Shown: piece by piece, positions 30,681-40,935 of the stretch
How the letters are laid out: each line of letters begins with the position of its first letter
How positions within the stretch are numbered: the first letter of the stretch is position 1
Notes under the pieces: generated by a model
Seen by the model: the letters and a program-made list of their open reading frames with translations, nothing else
Databases searched by the model: none
What the model was told of the DNA's origin: nothing
Translations under genes and position numbers: made by a program
DNA from: Cyanobacteria bacterium P01_D01_bin.156
GTDB taxonomy: Bacteria > Cyanobacteriota > Cyanobacteriia > Phormidesmidales > Phormidesmidaceae
Direction: 5' to 3'
Length of the DNA: 64,000 bases
Assembly (NCBI GenBank): GCA_039024555.1
Contig: JBCCQQ010000018.1
Span: 37,921 to 101,920 of the forward strand

Positions 30681-31672
30681 CTGGCCAAACTATTACTCCT
30701 TCTTTTTCTTCATCTACTGATTTACATTCCTTGATTCCTGCGGGTGCTTCATTATCTCCATCTGCCAGCCAGCAACGCGTTTGGAACTGGAGAGGGTACG
30801 ACATTCAATATGTTGTTGAAGGCCAGGGAACTCCGCTGGTTTTGATCCATGGTTTTGGAGCTTCTATTGGCCATTGGCGTAAAAACATTCCGGTTTTGGC
30901 TGCAGCGGGTTATCAAGTTTATGCCCTCGATTTACTAGGCTTTGGTGGGTCTGAGAAACCCGCCTTAGACTATTCCTTAAATTTGTGGGAGGTGCTCATA
31001 CGAGATTTTTGGCGTCAGCATATTCGTGTCCCGGCTATTTTTATCGGGAATTCTATTGGCGGTCTGCTGGTGCTAATGACCCTGGCAAATTCTCCAGACA
31101 TGTCTTTAGGTGGGGTGGTGCTCAACTGTGCTGGTAGTCTCAATCATCGTCCTGAAGATTTACCTCGCCCGCTGAGCGTGGTGATGGGGCTTTTTAGTAA
31201 AGCAGTGAACACACCAGTACTCGGCCCTTTAATTTTTGATCAGGTGCGATCGCGCTTTCGTATTCGGGGGGCGCTTAAACAGGTATACGGTAATCGTCAG
31301 GCAATTACGCCTGACCTGGTGGAAATACTCTATCGACCTTCCTGTGATTCGGGTGCTCAAAAAGTATTTGCTTCGGTTCTGACTGGACCACCTGGACCTC
31401 GGCCCAGCGAGCTGCTGCCAAAATTGGCGAACCCACTGCTAGTTTTGTGGGGAGAAACGGATCCTTGGACCCCAATTCAAGGTGCTAAGCTCTACCAAAC
31501 AATGGCTGAAGATCCTGGTCGAGCGATAAAATTTCAGTCGATTCCAGATACGGGCCACTGCCCTCATGATGAGCGTCCAGAAATTGTGAATCATCTGATT
31601 TTAGATTGGCTCAAACAGCAAAGTTTAGGGGCTGCTGAACTGGGTGATACAGCGATCTCTCAACCTGTTTAA
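30677..31672 (+). CDS. Alpha/beta fold hydrolase
   Basis: HGFGAS, DLLGFG, GNSIGG nucleophile elbow, WGETD, GHCPHDE. Confidence 0.92.
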   Translation: MTGQTITPSFSSSTDLHSLIPAGASLSPSASQQRVWNWRGYDIQYVVEGQGTPLVLIHGFGASIGHWRKNIPVLAAAGYQVYALDLLGFGGSEKPALDYSLNLWEVLIRDFWRQHIRVPAIFIGNSIGGLLVLMTLANSPDMSLGGVVLNCAGSLNHRPEDLPRPLSVVMGLFSKAVNTPVLGPLIFDQVRSRFRIRGALKQVYGNRQAITPDLVEILYRPSCDSGAQKVFASVLTGPPGPRPSELLPKLANPLLVLWGETDPWTPIQGAKLYQTMAEDPGRAIKFQSIPDTGHCPHDERPEIVNHLILDWLKQQSLGAAELGDTAISQPV

Positions 31673-31692
31673 TGGATGATGCTGTAGGGTAT

Positions 31693-32157
31693 CTAATGAC
31701 TTTTTTCTGTAGCCAAACTTAAAATACGTTTGGCTACTTCTTCTGTAATCGGCATCACTGATAAACGATTGCCTCGTTTGACGACCTGTAGTTCATCAGG
31801 TTCAAAATTGGCTTTAAGCTCATCTAGGCTAATGTAGTGAGCGAATTTTTCTACATAGCTGACCGTGACGGTATGCCAGCGGGGGGCCTCTGGAGTTGAT
31901 TTAGGATCGTAATACTTACTGGCTTGATCAAACTGTGTGGGGTCCACTACCATCTCTTCGCTAATGGTCATTAACCCTGCAATGCCTGGGGGCTTGGTGT
32001 TGGAATGGTAGAAGAAGGCTGTATCGCCGATGGTCATGGATTTAAGGAAATTACGGGCCTGGTAGTTACGTACACCGTCCCAGATTTCGTTGCGATCGCG
32101 CTCTAGGTCGTCAATGCTATAAACATCGGGTTCAGACTTCATTAACCAGTACTTCAT
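31693..32157 (-). CDS. EVE domain protein
   Basis: YWLMKSEP, WDGVRNYQARN, FFYHSN, RLSVMP. Confidence 0.93.
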   Translation of the reverse strand: MKYWLMKSEPDVYSIDDLERDRNEIWDGVRNYQARNFLKSMTIGDTAFFYHSNTKPPGIAGLMTISEEMVVDPTQFDQASKYYDPKSTPEAPRWHTVTVSYVEKFAHYISLDELKANFEPDELQVVKRGNRLSVMPITEEVAKRILSLATEKSH

Positions 32158-32632
32158 CGCGTACTAATTTCTCCTGTAATGTGTGCCATATTTCAGTGTG
32201 CCAGCCTGATGGCCAAGTCAGGTGAGCGTGTCGTCCTAGATCTGCATAGGACAAACTCAGTCGGATGGGACTGTCCGGCAAGTATCGTAACCGTTCTGAC
32301 CATTCAATGACTAGAATACCGGGCTCTACTTCTTCCCCATCCCAATAGGTTTCTAAATACAGGCTGTCGGCTGTTTTGCCTTCTAAACGGTATAGATCTA
32401 CGTGGTAAAGAGGGACTCGTCCTATCAAATATTCATTGATTAACGTAAATGTAGGACTGTCGATTGTTTGAGTAATGCCTAAACCCGCTCCCAATCCTTG
32501 AGTCAGAGTCGTTTTGCCGCTACCCAATGGTCCCGAAAGTAGTAAGACTGTTCGAGCTGGTAAGCATTCACCTAGCAGCCAACCGAGACGATGGGTGGCT
32601 GTAAGATCTGATAGCTGAACTGAAATCTCCAT
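32132..32632 (-). CDS. tsaE: tRNA t6A biosynthesis ATPase TsaE
   Basis: GPLGSGKTT, SPTFTL, HVDLYRL, IEW. Confidence 0.95.
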   Translation of the reverse strand: MEISVQLSDLTATHRLGWLLGECLPARTVLLLSGPLGSGKTTLTQGLGAGLGITQTIDSPTFTLINEYLIGRVPLYHVDLYRLEGKTADSLYLETYWDGEEVEPGILVIEWSERLRYLPDSPIRLSLSYADLGRHAHLTWPSGWHTEIWHTLQEKLVRDEVLVNEV

Positions 32633-32654
32633 AGGGATAGGGATTGAAGTAGAT

Positions 32655-32806
32655 AGATAGCCTGCTCCAGGCTCATCAGTATGACGATCCAGCGTGGCGA
32701 AAAACCGAAATGCCGTCGAGCCTTGTTCGAATAGAGCTAGCGGCTATTATGCATCGAACAAACAGGGTGTGAAAACCCGTCTTGGACCGGTCGCCCTCCA
32801 ACTGTA
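32655..32806 (-). ncRNA. ssrS: 6S RNA (SsrS/SsaA); ends approximate
   Basis: Minus strand ...GTTGGAGGGCGACCGGTCC...ACACCCTG...TCGAACAAGG...GACGGCAT...GGTTTTTC...CTGGATCGTCATACTG resembles cyanobacterial 6S RNA; long imperfect hairpin with TTGTTCGA/TCGAACAA apical stem. Confidence 0.8.
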
Positions 32807-32901
32807 TCGTTGTGTATAACATCTGTCAGGTTGGGAAACCGATATATTTGTGAGCCTGACATGTCATTGAATCTGCGGTTCAGTGGCTATAGCGAAGATC
32901 A

Positions 32902-33519
32902 GTGATGCCTATGATTATTACGGTAGCCAGCTTCAAAGGTGGCGTCGGCAAAACGACTACGGCTATTCATCTAGCTGCTTTTTTCCAAGGTAAGGGCAAA
33001 ACCCTACTAATTGATGCTGACCCCAATCGCTCCGCCTTGGGCTGGGCTGACCGTGGCGCATTGCCCTTTGTCGTGGTCGATCAGTGGCAGGCAGAAACTC
33101 AAAGCGATGCCTATGAGCACATCATTATTGACACCCAAGCGCGCCCTACCACCGAAGATTTGGCAGCTTTGGCAAATTCATGCGATTTGCTGGTGCTACC
33201 TACGATGCCGGACATTTTGTCTCTGGATGCCTTGGTGTTGACCATTGAGTATCTAAAGTCGATTCAAACCGATCAGTACCGTATTTTGATTACGTCAATT
33301 CCGCCTAAACCCAGTCGCGCAGGCGATGAAGTTAAAAAACTCCTAAAGGAAGCGGATATTCCCACATTTGATGTTGGAATTAGACGGCTGGCCGCATTTC
33401 AGAAAGCCGCAATGCAGGGAGTCCCGGTGTATGACGTGAAGGACCAGCGCGCTGAACGAGGTTGGCAAGACTATAAAGCGGTCGGTAACGAACTTCTGAA
33501 TTTATTAAAAGGTCGTTAG
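32902..33519 (+). CDS. Short ParA-family ATPase
   Basis: KGGVGKTT deviant Walker A, IDADPN, IIDT. Confidence 0.9.
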   Translation: MMPMIITVASFKGGVGKTTTAIHLAAFFQGKGKTLLIDADPNRSALGWADRGALPFVVVDQWQAETQSDAYEHIIIDTQARPTTEDLAALANSCDLLVLPTMPDILSLDALVLTIEYLKSIQTDQYRILITSIPPKPSRAGDEVKKLLKEADIPTFDVGIRRLAAFQKAAMQGVPVYDVKDQRAERGWQDYKAVGNELLNLLKGR

Positions 33520-33548
33520 TGGTTCAATGGCGGCTTCTAATGGAGTCT

Positions 33549-33606
33549 TTGCAAAAACCTCAAGCCCCTGGATTTATGCAAGTCCAGGGGCTTGAGGTTT
33601 TTGCAA
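33549..33606. terminator. Long inverted repeat (24-bp perfect arms) between convergent parA and BI-1 genes
   Basis: TTGCAAAAACCTCAAGCCCCTGGA ... TCCAGGGGCTTGAGGTTTTTGCAA. Confidence 0.8.
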
Positions 33607-33630
33607 TTTGCTAAGTGTTGGGATAAGCGC

Positions 33631-34320
33631 CTAACGGCGAGAAGACATCACAATTCGCAGCACGTACCAGAAGAGCAACATGACTGCGGCAAATAATTCT
33701 AAGGATGCAGCTACATGCTGGGTGGTGGAGTAGCGATGCATCACATTAGATGTTTTGTACAAAATAGCGGCTCCAGCAAACGCCACCATAAAGAATGAGA
33801 AGATTAGCCCTAGGGAGAACCCAAACAGTAAACTGCAGACAATCAGGCCTAAGGCGACCATACCGGCGATCTTAAGGACGCCGCCCAGGAATGAGAAATC
33901 TCGGCCGGAGGTAAATGCGATCGCAGTAAGCCCCCCAAATAAGAAGAGGGTAATAACCGCCGCTGTGGGGATAACTGATGGGTCAGAAAAAGCGGCTGCT
34001 ATATAAAGTAGAGGTGCAAAAATAATGGCTTCACCCACCACATACAGCCCCAGGCCTATATATTGAGCGTTGACATCATCTGCCTTGGCTGCCATATTGC
34101 TAGCCAAATAGCCCAGCAGTGCAAATCCCCCGAGCAGAGCTAGCCAGCCAAAGCGGCTGCCCATAAATAGATTGGCCAACAGGGGGGCAATGCCCAGTTG
34201 AAAAAACAAAAATTCGACGATAACAAATGCACCTACGGCTCCAGCGAGATGGGTATAGGTCCGTTTAATAAATTCTGCCCGCTCATTGGGACGAGCTTGA
34301 GCCACCATAACCATAAACAA
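33631..34320 (-). CDS. Bax inhibitor-1/YccA family membrane protein
   Basis: FIKRTYTHL start, about 7 TM helices, ASLELF...LFWYVLRI end. Confidence 0.85.
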   Translation of the reverse strand: MFMVMVAQARPNERAEFIKRTYTHLAGAVGAFVIVEFLFFQLGIAPLLANLFMGSRFGWLALLGGFALLGYLASNMAAKADDVNAQYIGLGLYVVGEAIIFAPLLYIAAAFSDPSVIPTAAVITLFLFGGLTAIAFTSGRDFSFLGGVLKIAGMVALGLIVCSLLFGFSLGLIFSFFMVAFAGAAILYKTSNVMHRYSTTQHVAASLELFAAVMLLFWYVLRIVMSSRR

Positions 34321-34607
34321 TTGCCTCCTGTTAGCAAAACGTTGACCAGTCTGGCAAAGGGTAGCGTTCCCAACAGACTGTTTCTTGATCTTGATCAGCG
34401 ATACCTTAACCAGAGGCTAGCACAACTGTCAGAAACACCGCTGTTAGTGTCAGTTTGTCAAATATTTTGTGAGCTCAAGCTAGAAGTGCACTTTGAAAGT
34501 ACAAAGAAGGCCATTTCAGATATAAAGCTGAGAAAAAGTAGGTCATTGCTGATGTCAGGGTAGGGACTAGAAATGTAGGATATCTAACATATTGATTAAT
34601 ATTTATA

Positions 34608-36275
34608 ATGGTTGACTCAGCCACTGCGCCCCTTGGCCAGACCATCTACCCTTCCGGTCTACCAAAAACCTCTGTTGAGTTGCGAAAATCAGTTCATGGC
34701 GATCGCATCTTGGCAGCTATCGATGTTGGGACCAATTCAGTCCACATGGTTGTGGTCAAAATTCAACCCCAGCTGCCTGCATTTACCATTATTGGTCGAG
34801 AAAAGGATACTGTTCGTCTAGGCAATTTTCGTCCAGGTACCAATTGCTTGTCGGATGAGGCGATGGATAGGGGAATTGCAGCCCTAAACCGGTGTAAGCA
34901 GATTGCAGCGAGTTTGAAGGCGGATGACATTGTTACAGTGGCGACAAGCGCCACTCGGGAAGCAAGCAATGGCCAACTCTTTATTGAAAGAGTTAAACAG
35001 GAAGTCGGTCTAGATATCAATTTAATTTCTGGTCTAGAGGAAGCGCGACGTATTTATTTGGGTGTGCTCTCTGGTATGGAATTGCATGGAAAACCCCATG
35101 CCATCATTGATATTGGTGGTGGCTCGACCGAACTCATTTTAGGCACAGGAGAACGCCATCGCTTTCTAAGTAGTACAAAAGTTGGGGCGGTGAGGCTTAA
35201 TGCCCAGATGGTGACCACAAACCCCATCAGTAAAGACGAATTTTTACAGCTAGGGGCCTATGTACGAGGACGCCTGGAACCGAATATTGACAAGTTAAAG
35301 ACAAAACTTGCTGATGGAGAATCGCTTTCTCTCGTAGGTACATCGGGCACTATCGAGTCCTTGGCCATGGTTACCGCCATAGATAAATTGGGTGCTGTAC
35401 CTGAGCCAATTAATGGTTACACCATGACCTTAGAGGAATTGGATCGCGGTATCGAAAAGCTAAGATGCATGAGCTTTAGTGAGCGTCTAAAACTGTCGGA
35501 GATTTCTGCCCGCCGAGCCGAGATCATTGTGCCTGGGGCCGTAATCTTACAAGAAGCAATGCGACTGCTTGGAGTAGACCGCATTACTATTTGTGAGCAT
35601 GCCCTACGCGAAGGGCTAGTGGTGGACTGGATGCTTACCCATGGGCTGATTGAAGACCGAATGCAGTATCAGCAGTCCGTGCGGGAACGCAGTGTGATGA
35701 AGGCGGCCCATAAATACCGTGTAGATCTTGGCCACAGTGAGCTGGTGGCCAAGTTTGCCCTGGCACTGTTTGATCAAACCCATGGTCAGCTGCATGAGTG
35801 GGGACCAGTGGAGCGAGAGCTGTTATGGGCCGCTACAGTGCTCCATAACTGCGGTCATTTTGTCAGTCATGGCTCCCATCATAAGCATTCTTATTATTTG
35901 ATTCGTAATGGTGAGCTGTTGGGCTTTACGGGGACAGAAATTGAACTAATCGCGAATATTGGTCGCTATCATCGCAAGAGTCAACCTAAACTCAAACATG
36001 AAGCCTACAAAGCACTCACAAAACAGAATAGAAAGATAGTGAGCCAGCTAAGTGCGATGTTGCGCATAGCGGTTGGGTTAGATCGGCGACGGGTAGGTGC
36101 GATCGCAAGTTTTCAAACTGTCTATGATGCGGATGCCAATACGTTAACGCTTAAATTTATGCCTACCCATAGTGACGATAGCTGTGAGTTAGAAGTGTGG
36201 AGTGTTAACGATAAAAAGGTCTGCTTTGAAGAAGAATTTGATGTAGTACTGAAAATTCAGTCTGCCGTCGAATAA
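34608..36275 (+). CDS. ppx: Exopolyphosphatase (Ppx/GppA) with HD domain
   Basis: AIDVGTNS, ATSATRE, EEARR, DIGGGSTE, LREG, HHKHSYYLI. Confidence 0.93.
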   Translation: MVDSATAPLGQTIYPSGLPKTSVELRKSVHGDRILAAIDVGTNSVHMVVVKIQPQLPAFTIIGREKDTVRLGNFRPGTNCLSDEAMDRGIAALNRCKQIAASLKADDIVTVATSATREASNGQLFIERVKQEVGLDINLISGLEEARRIYLGVLSGMELHGKPHAIIDIGGGSTELILGTGERHRFLSSTKVGAVRLNAQMVTTNPISKDEFLQLGAYVRGRLEPNIDKLKTKLADGESLSLVGTSGTIESLAMVTAIDKLGAVPEPINGYTMTLEELDRGIEKLRCMSFSERLKLSEISARRAEIIVPGAVILQEAMRLLGVDRITICEHALREGLVVDWMLTHGLIEDRMQYQQSVRERSVMKAAHKYRVDLGHSELVAKFALALFDQTHGQLHEWGPVERELLWAATVLHNCGHFVSHGSHHKHSYYLIRNGELLGFTGTEIELIANIGRYHRKSQPKLKHEAYKALTKQNRKIVSQLSAMLRIAVGLDRRRVGAIASFQTVYDADANTLTLKFMPTHSDDSCELEVWSVNDKKVCFEEEFDVVLKIQSAVE

Positions 36276-36299
36276 CACAAGATTATTATATGTTGTTCT

Positions 36300-37175
36300 C
36301 TAAGTCTGCGGAATTTGACTTATGAAGGCGTCGATGACGGGCACTGCCTGATCCTGTCTCCATACCATTACTACTTCAGATCGAGGAGTCGGTTCAATAA
36401 AGGGAGTAAAACAAACTCCTCGACGCTGTAGATTGCCTAAAGACTCTGGGACAATTGCTACGCCCATTTCAGCGGTTACCAAACTTAAAATGGTTTGCAT
36501 TTGGATAGCCTGTTGTACCACATTAGGACTAAAGCCATTCTGTTGACAGAAGCTAAGGATTTGGTCGTAGAGATGACTGGCTTTGGGACGGGGAAATAAT
36601 ACGAAAGAGTCTTTTTGTAAGTCACTAATAGAAATCTGTTTTTCCTTTGCTAGTCTATGGTTTATAGACAGGGCTGCTATCAGTGATTCCTGCAAAACTG
36701 ATTGAGATTTTAGTGTTTTATGCTCAACGGGTGGGCGCATAAAGCCAATATCTAAACGGTTCTCTAACAGTCCTTGAATCTGTTCTTGGGTCGAGAGTTC
36801 GTGAAGAATAATCTCTACTTGAGGATACTGTTGTCGAAACCGTGTGAGATAGCTAGGCAACAGGCTGTACATAGCGGAACTCACAAATGAGATCGCTAAA
36901 CTCCCCACCTCTCCTCGCTCTGCCTGCTGGGTTTTAGTAACCGCCTGTTGCAGTTGTGTCAACAACAACTTCGCTTCTTTTTGAAAGACTGTACCGGCGG
37001 CTGTTAGAGACACTCGGCGACGGGTGCGGGCAAATAGCTGCACGCCTAATTCAGTTTCCAACTGCTTTATTTGTTGACTGAGCGGTGGCTGTGCCATTTG
37101 GAGGCGAAGGGCGGCCCTGCCAAAGTGCAGCTCGTCAGCAACTGCTAAAAAATAACGTAAGTGTCGCAGTTCCAT
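36300..37175 (-). CDS. LysR-family transcriptional regulator
   Basis: MELRHLRYF...HFGRAA...QPPLSQQIKQLE HTH; divergent from the methyltransferase. Confidence 0.93.
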   Translation of the reverse strand: MELRHLRYFLAVADELHFGRAALRLQMAQPPLSQQIKQLETELGVQLFARTRRRVSLTAAGTVFQKEAKLLLTQLQQAVTKTQQAERGEVGSLAISFVSSAMYSLLPSYLTRFRQQYPQVEIILHELSTQEQIQGLLENRLDIGFMRPPVEHKTLKSQSVLQESLIAALSINHRLAKEKQISISDLQKDSFVLFPRPKASHLYDQILSFCQQNGFSPNVVQQAIQMQTILSLVTAEMGVAIVPESLGNLQRRGVCFTPFIEPTPRSEVVMVWRQDQAVPVIDAFISQIPQT

Positions 37176-37278
37176 TCCTGAAAATTGATACTTTTGAGAT
37201 CTTAATAGGTTCTCTAATATATATTGGACATCTCAAAGGCTGGCCCTTAGGTTAGGAATAACCTCACCTAAGGTAATC

Positions 37279-38052
37279 ATGATGGCGTCTGAAAAGCTTG
37301 TGGTCCAGCAGTCCTGGAATCCTGATCGATATCAAAATCAACACAGTTTTGTTTGGCAATATGGTGCTGCGCTTCTGGAACTGCTTGACCCAAAAGCTGG
37401 AGAATCCATTCTCGATCTGGGTTGTGGTACCGGTCAGCTGACCCAAGCCATTGCTCAAACGGGGGCTACTGTTACCGGGCTAGATGCCGATGCCACCATG
37501 ATTGCGACGGCTCAGCAACAGTACCCCCATCTGTCCTTTAGGGTGGCTGATGCTTGTACCTTTACGGTCTCTGAAAAGGTAGATGGCATTTTTTCTAATG
37601 CCGTTTTGCACTGGGTAAGACCGCCAGAAAAAGCCGTGCAGGCCATTGCTCAGGCGATGAAACCCGGTGGTAAATTCGTCACCGAGTTTGGTGGAAAAGG
37701 CAATGTGCAGAAAATTGTGAATGCTGTGGAAACAGTTAGGCAGCAGCGCGATTTAAGTCCTTGGTATTTCCCGAGTATTGGCGAGTACACACAGCTTCTA
37801 GAACAGCATGGCCTGGAGGTTGTCTTTGCCGCGTTAGTTGATCGTTCCACACTACTCAATGAAGGAACCCAAGGACTTGTCAACTGGCTCAAAATGTTTG
37901 GGGATGCCCTCTTGGCAGAACTCAGTATGCATGAAAGAGATATCGTTCTGAAAGACGTTGAGGACCTGTTGCGGCCTCAGCTGTATGACGGTCGGCAGTG
38001 GTACGCTGACTATCGCCGTTTGCGAATTGTGGCGGTCAAACCAGGCTACTAG
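37279..38052 (+). CDS. Class I SAM-dependent methyltransferase
   Basis: ILDLGCGTG, FSNAVLHW, ADYRRLR. Confidence 0.9.
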   Translation: MMASEKLVVQQSWNPDRYQNQHSFVWQYGAALLELLDPKAGESILDLGCGTGQLTQAIAQTGATVTGLDADATMIATAQQQYPHLSFRVADACTFTVSEKVDGIFSNAVLHWVRPPEKAVQAIAQAMKPGGKFVTEFGGKGNVQKIVNAVETVRQQRDLSPWYFPSIGEYTQLLEQHGLEVVFAALVDRSTLLNEGTQGLVNWLKMFGDALLAELSMHERDIVLKDVEDLLRPQLYDGRQWYADYRRLRIVAVKPGY

Positions 38053-38172
38053 TTCAGCCCACACGCTTGGCAAAGCCTTGCCACTATGATGCAATGATGG
38101 GATAGGTCAACCGGGTATCTCTAGTATTACGCCCATAGGTTCACCCACTGGCATCACGGAGCAGCTGAAACT

Positions 38173-38928
38173 ATGACGAATGCAGTGCTAGAAAGCGACT
38201 TAGATCTTGAAGCACTCAACCAAACCCTAAATGACATAGATGCTGCCGAGCTCGTTGCATGGGGGGAGCAGAGCTTTGGTGAAGCCCTGGTGATGAGTAC
38301 TAGCTTTGGTATCCAGTCAGCGGTGATGCTGCACCTGGTGACTCAGGTTGTGTCTGATATTCCTGTCATTTGGGTTGATACGGGCTATTTGCCAGCAGAG
38401 ACCTATCGCTTTGCGGACGAGCTCACCCAGCGGTTACGTCTGAACCTGAAGGTGTATCAGGCATCTATGAGCCCGGCTCGGATGGAAGCTCTGCATGGAC
38501 GACTGTGGGACCAGAATAATGTGGAAGCGCTCAATCGCTACGACTACATTCGTAAAGTAGAGCCGATGCAACGAGCTTTGAAGGATTTAGGCGCTAAAGC
38601 TTGGCTGGCAGGGTTACGGGCTCATCAAACTTCTCACCGTCAAACCCTAGGTCGCATTGCTCAACAGAACGGTATCTATAAGCTGCATCCCATTTTGTCC
38701 TGGCATTCTCGGGATGTGTATAACTATCTGACAACCCATGATTTGCCTTATCATCCCTTGTTTGATCAAGGGTATGTAACGGTGGGTGACTGGCACTCAA
38801 GTCGACCGATGACGGCTGCTGATCATGACGAGCGAGATACTCGCTTCAAAGGCTTAAAGCAAGAATGTGGTCTGCATTTACCTCAAACCCAAGGGGAAGC
38901 AGACAGTTTAAATTCCAGTTCTCTATAG
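38173..38928 (+). CDS. cysH: PAPS reductase
   Basis: STSFG, DTGYL, RKVEP, GYVTVGD, KQECGLH; no CC...CxxC Fe-S motif. Confidence 0.93.
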   Translation: MTNAVLESDLDLEALNQTLNDIDAAELVAWGEQSFGEALVMSTSFGIQSAVMLHLVTQVVSDIPVIWVDTGYLPAETYRFADELTQRLRLNLKVYQASMSPARMEALHGRLWDQNNVEALNRYDYIRKVEPMQRALKDLGAKAWLAGLRAHQTSHRQTLGRIAQQNGIYKLHPILSWHSRDVYNYLTTHDLPYHPLFDQGYVTVGDWHSSRPMTAADHDERDTRFKGLKQECGLHLPQTQGEADSLNSSSL

Positions 38929-38929
38929 G

Positions 38930-40444
38930 ATGGGCATGGCCCATCGGGGAATAGAAAGTAGAACATGGGCCATGGTTCTGCTGTTGGCAGGTATTGTTAC
39001 CGGGCTATGGCCTCTGTGGCCGTTGGCGTGGGTTGGTTTAATGCCGCTATGGTGTGTCATCCATGAGAGGGCTGGGGTACGACGGAGTGCTTTAAGTGCG
39101 CTGATCTGGGGCATTGGCTACCACGGTGCGATGCTGGCGTGGGTGCTACATTTGCATCCTATGATGTGGCTGGGAATTCCTTGGTTAGGGAGTATTGCGA
39201 TCGCACTGTTTGCCTATGCCTTTGTTACTCTTTGGGGGGCAGGTATTGCTGTGACCTGGGCTGTGGGCATGGCGGCCCTACAGAGATTTGTCCCATTGGA
39301 TGTGTCTAGCCGCATATTTATCGGCACTGCCCTATGGTGTGGCGTAGAGGCTCTGTGGAGTATTAGCCCTCTCTATTGGACCTCCTTGGCGATTACCCAG
39401 AGCCCTGGCAATTTGGTGATTGTTCACTTGGCTAGACTATCGGGGCATTTAACCATTACAGCTGCCATTGTGGTGGTGAATGGACTGTTAGCAGCAATCC
39501 TGTTGCGTTCTCTGTGGCGACGGTGGTTGATGACAGCTGTAGGGATGTTTGCGATCGCGCACCTAATTGGCTGGAGTCTTTATCAACACCCTTTAGATGA
39601 TGCATCTGCCCAAGCTATTAAAATCGGAATTATCCAGGGCAATATTCCCAGTCAAGAAAAGCTCACGGTTGCCGGTATCCGTCGTGCGGATGATCGATAT
39701 TTAAGCAGCTATCGTCAGCTGGTCACTGCTGGGGCCGATGCCGTGCTCACGCCTGAAGCCGCTATTCCCAAACTTTGGAACCCGAATACCAGTATTTTTA
39801 AGACAGCTGTTGAACAAACCAAGATTCCCCTTTGGCTGGGAACGTTTACACAGGCTTCAGAAAGCGTCGGTCTGTACCAGAGTCTCCTGGCGATTTCTCC
39901 TGAAAATACCGCTCAATACAACAAAATTAAGCTTGTTCCACTAGGCGAATACATTCCTTTGGCATCTATTTTTGGGGACTTCATTCGGCAGCTTTCATCC
40001 ATTAGCAATAATTTGCTGCCCGGTCAGATCAATCAACAGTTTGAGACCTCGTTTGGTCCAGCCGCCGTTGGTATCTGTTACGACTCCGCCTACGGTTGGA
40101 TTTTTCGCCACCAGATTGCCCAGGGAGGACAGTTTATTTTGACGGCCTCTAATAATGATCCCTACCCTCCGCGCATGATGGCTCAGCACCATGGGCAGGA
40201 TGTTATTCAAGCCATCTCAACAGATCGGTGGGCTGCCCGTAGTACCAATACGGGACTTTCTGCGGTGGTGGATCCCCACGGACGTGCCCAATGGACGTCA
40301 CAGCCTGCATCATTTGAGACTCAGATAGAAACGATTTACCGACGGCAGAGCCAGACACTGTATGTACGGTGGGGAAATTGGTTAGTACCCTTACTGTTAA
40401 TACTCAGTCTTGTATGGATAGGATTCTTAGTGAGTAGAGCATAG
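38930..40444 (+). CDS. lnt: Apolipoprotein N-acyltransferase
   Basis: Multi-TM N-terminus, QGNIP, TPEAA, YNKIKLVPLGE, ICYDS, NTGLSAVVDP. Confidence 0.9.
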   Translation: MGMAHRGIESRTWAMVLLLAGIVTGLWPLWPLAWVGLMPLWCVIHERAGVRRSALSALIWGIGYHGAMLAWVLHLHPMMWLGIPWLGSIAIALFAYAFVTLWGAGIAVTWAVGMAALQRFVPLDVSSRIFIGTALWCGVEALWSISPLYWTSLAITQSPGNLVIVHLARLSGHLTITAAIVVVNGLLAAILLRSLWRRWLMTAVGMFAIAHLIGWSLYQHPLDDASAQAIKIGIIQGNIPSQEKLTVAGIRRADDRYLSSYRQLVTAGADAVLTPEAAIPKLWNPNTSIFKTAVEQTKIPLWLGTFTQASESVGLYQSLLAISPENTAQYNKIKLVPLGEYIPLASIFGDFIRQLSSISNNLLPGQINQQFETSFGPAAVGICYDSAYGWIFRHQIAQGGQFILTASNNDPYPPRMMAQHHGQDVIQAISTDRWAARSTNTGLSAVVDPHGRAQWTSQPASFETQIETIYRRQSQTLYVRWGNWLVPLLLILSLVWIGFLVSRA

Positions 40445-40496
40445 CTCTCATAGTGAGAAAGCTTCAAGTTGTAGTGCATCATTTGAATATCTATCA

Positions 40497-40916
40497 ATGA
40501 AATCCTTTGAAACAACAATCATCATTGACTGTTCTGTAGATTCTATTTGGTCAGTGTTAATGAATACTGATAGCTATGCAGAATGGGCTGCTGGCACTCA
40601 TCGACTAGAGGGGAAAATTGTGGAAGGTGGCCTCTTAAAGCTATTCACCATCTCCAAGCCGAAAACACCCATGACGCTCAAGGTCATAAAAGTGGTAGCG
40701 CCTCAAACATTTACCTTGAGTGGTGGTTTACCCCTAGGCTTGTTTCGAGGAAATCGTACGTTTACACTCACCCCGCAACCAGATGGTGGGACTGAATTCC
40801 ATATGTGTGAGGTGTTTTCAGGACCATTAGAACCTTGGCTAGGTCGCATGATTCCTGATCTGACCCCCTCCTTTGAAGCCTATGCGGCTGGGCTAAAGCA
40901 AAAATGTGAAGGGTAG
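40497..40916 (+). CDS. SRPBCC/START-like domain protein
   Basis: IWSVLMNTDSYAEW, GLFRGNRTF, EVFSGPL. Confidence 0.8.
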   Translation: MKSFETTIIIDCSVDSIWSVLMNTDSYAEWAAGTHRLEGKIVEGGLLKLFTISKPKTPMTLKVIKVVAPQTFTLSGGLPLGLFRGNRTFTLTPQPDGGTEFHMCEVFSGPLEPWLGRMIPDLTPSFEAYAAGLKQKCEG

Positions 40917-40935
40917 GCACGCTGTGGACGGTTCT

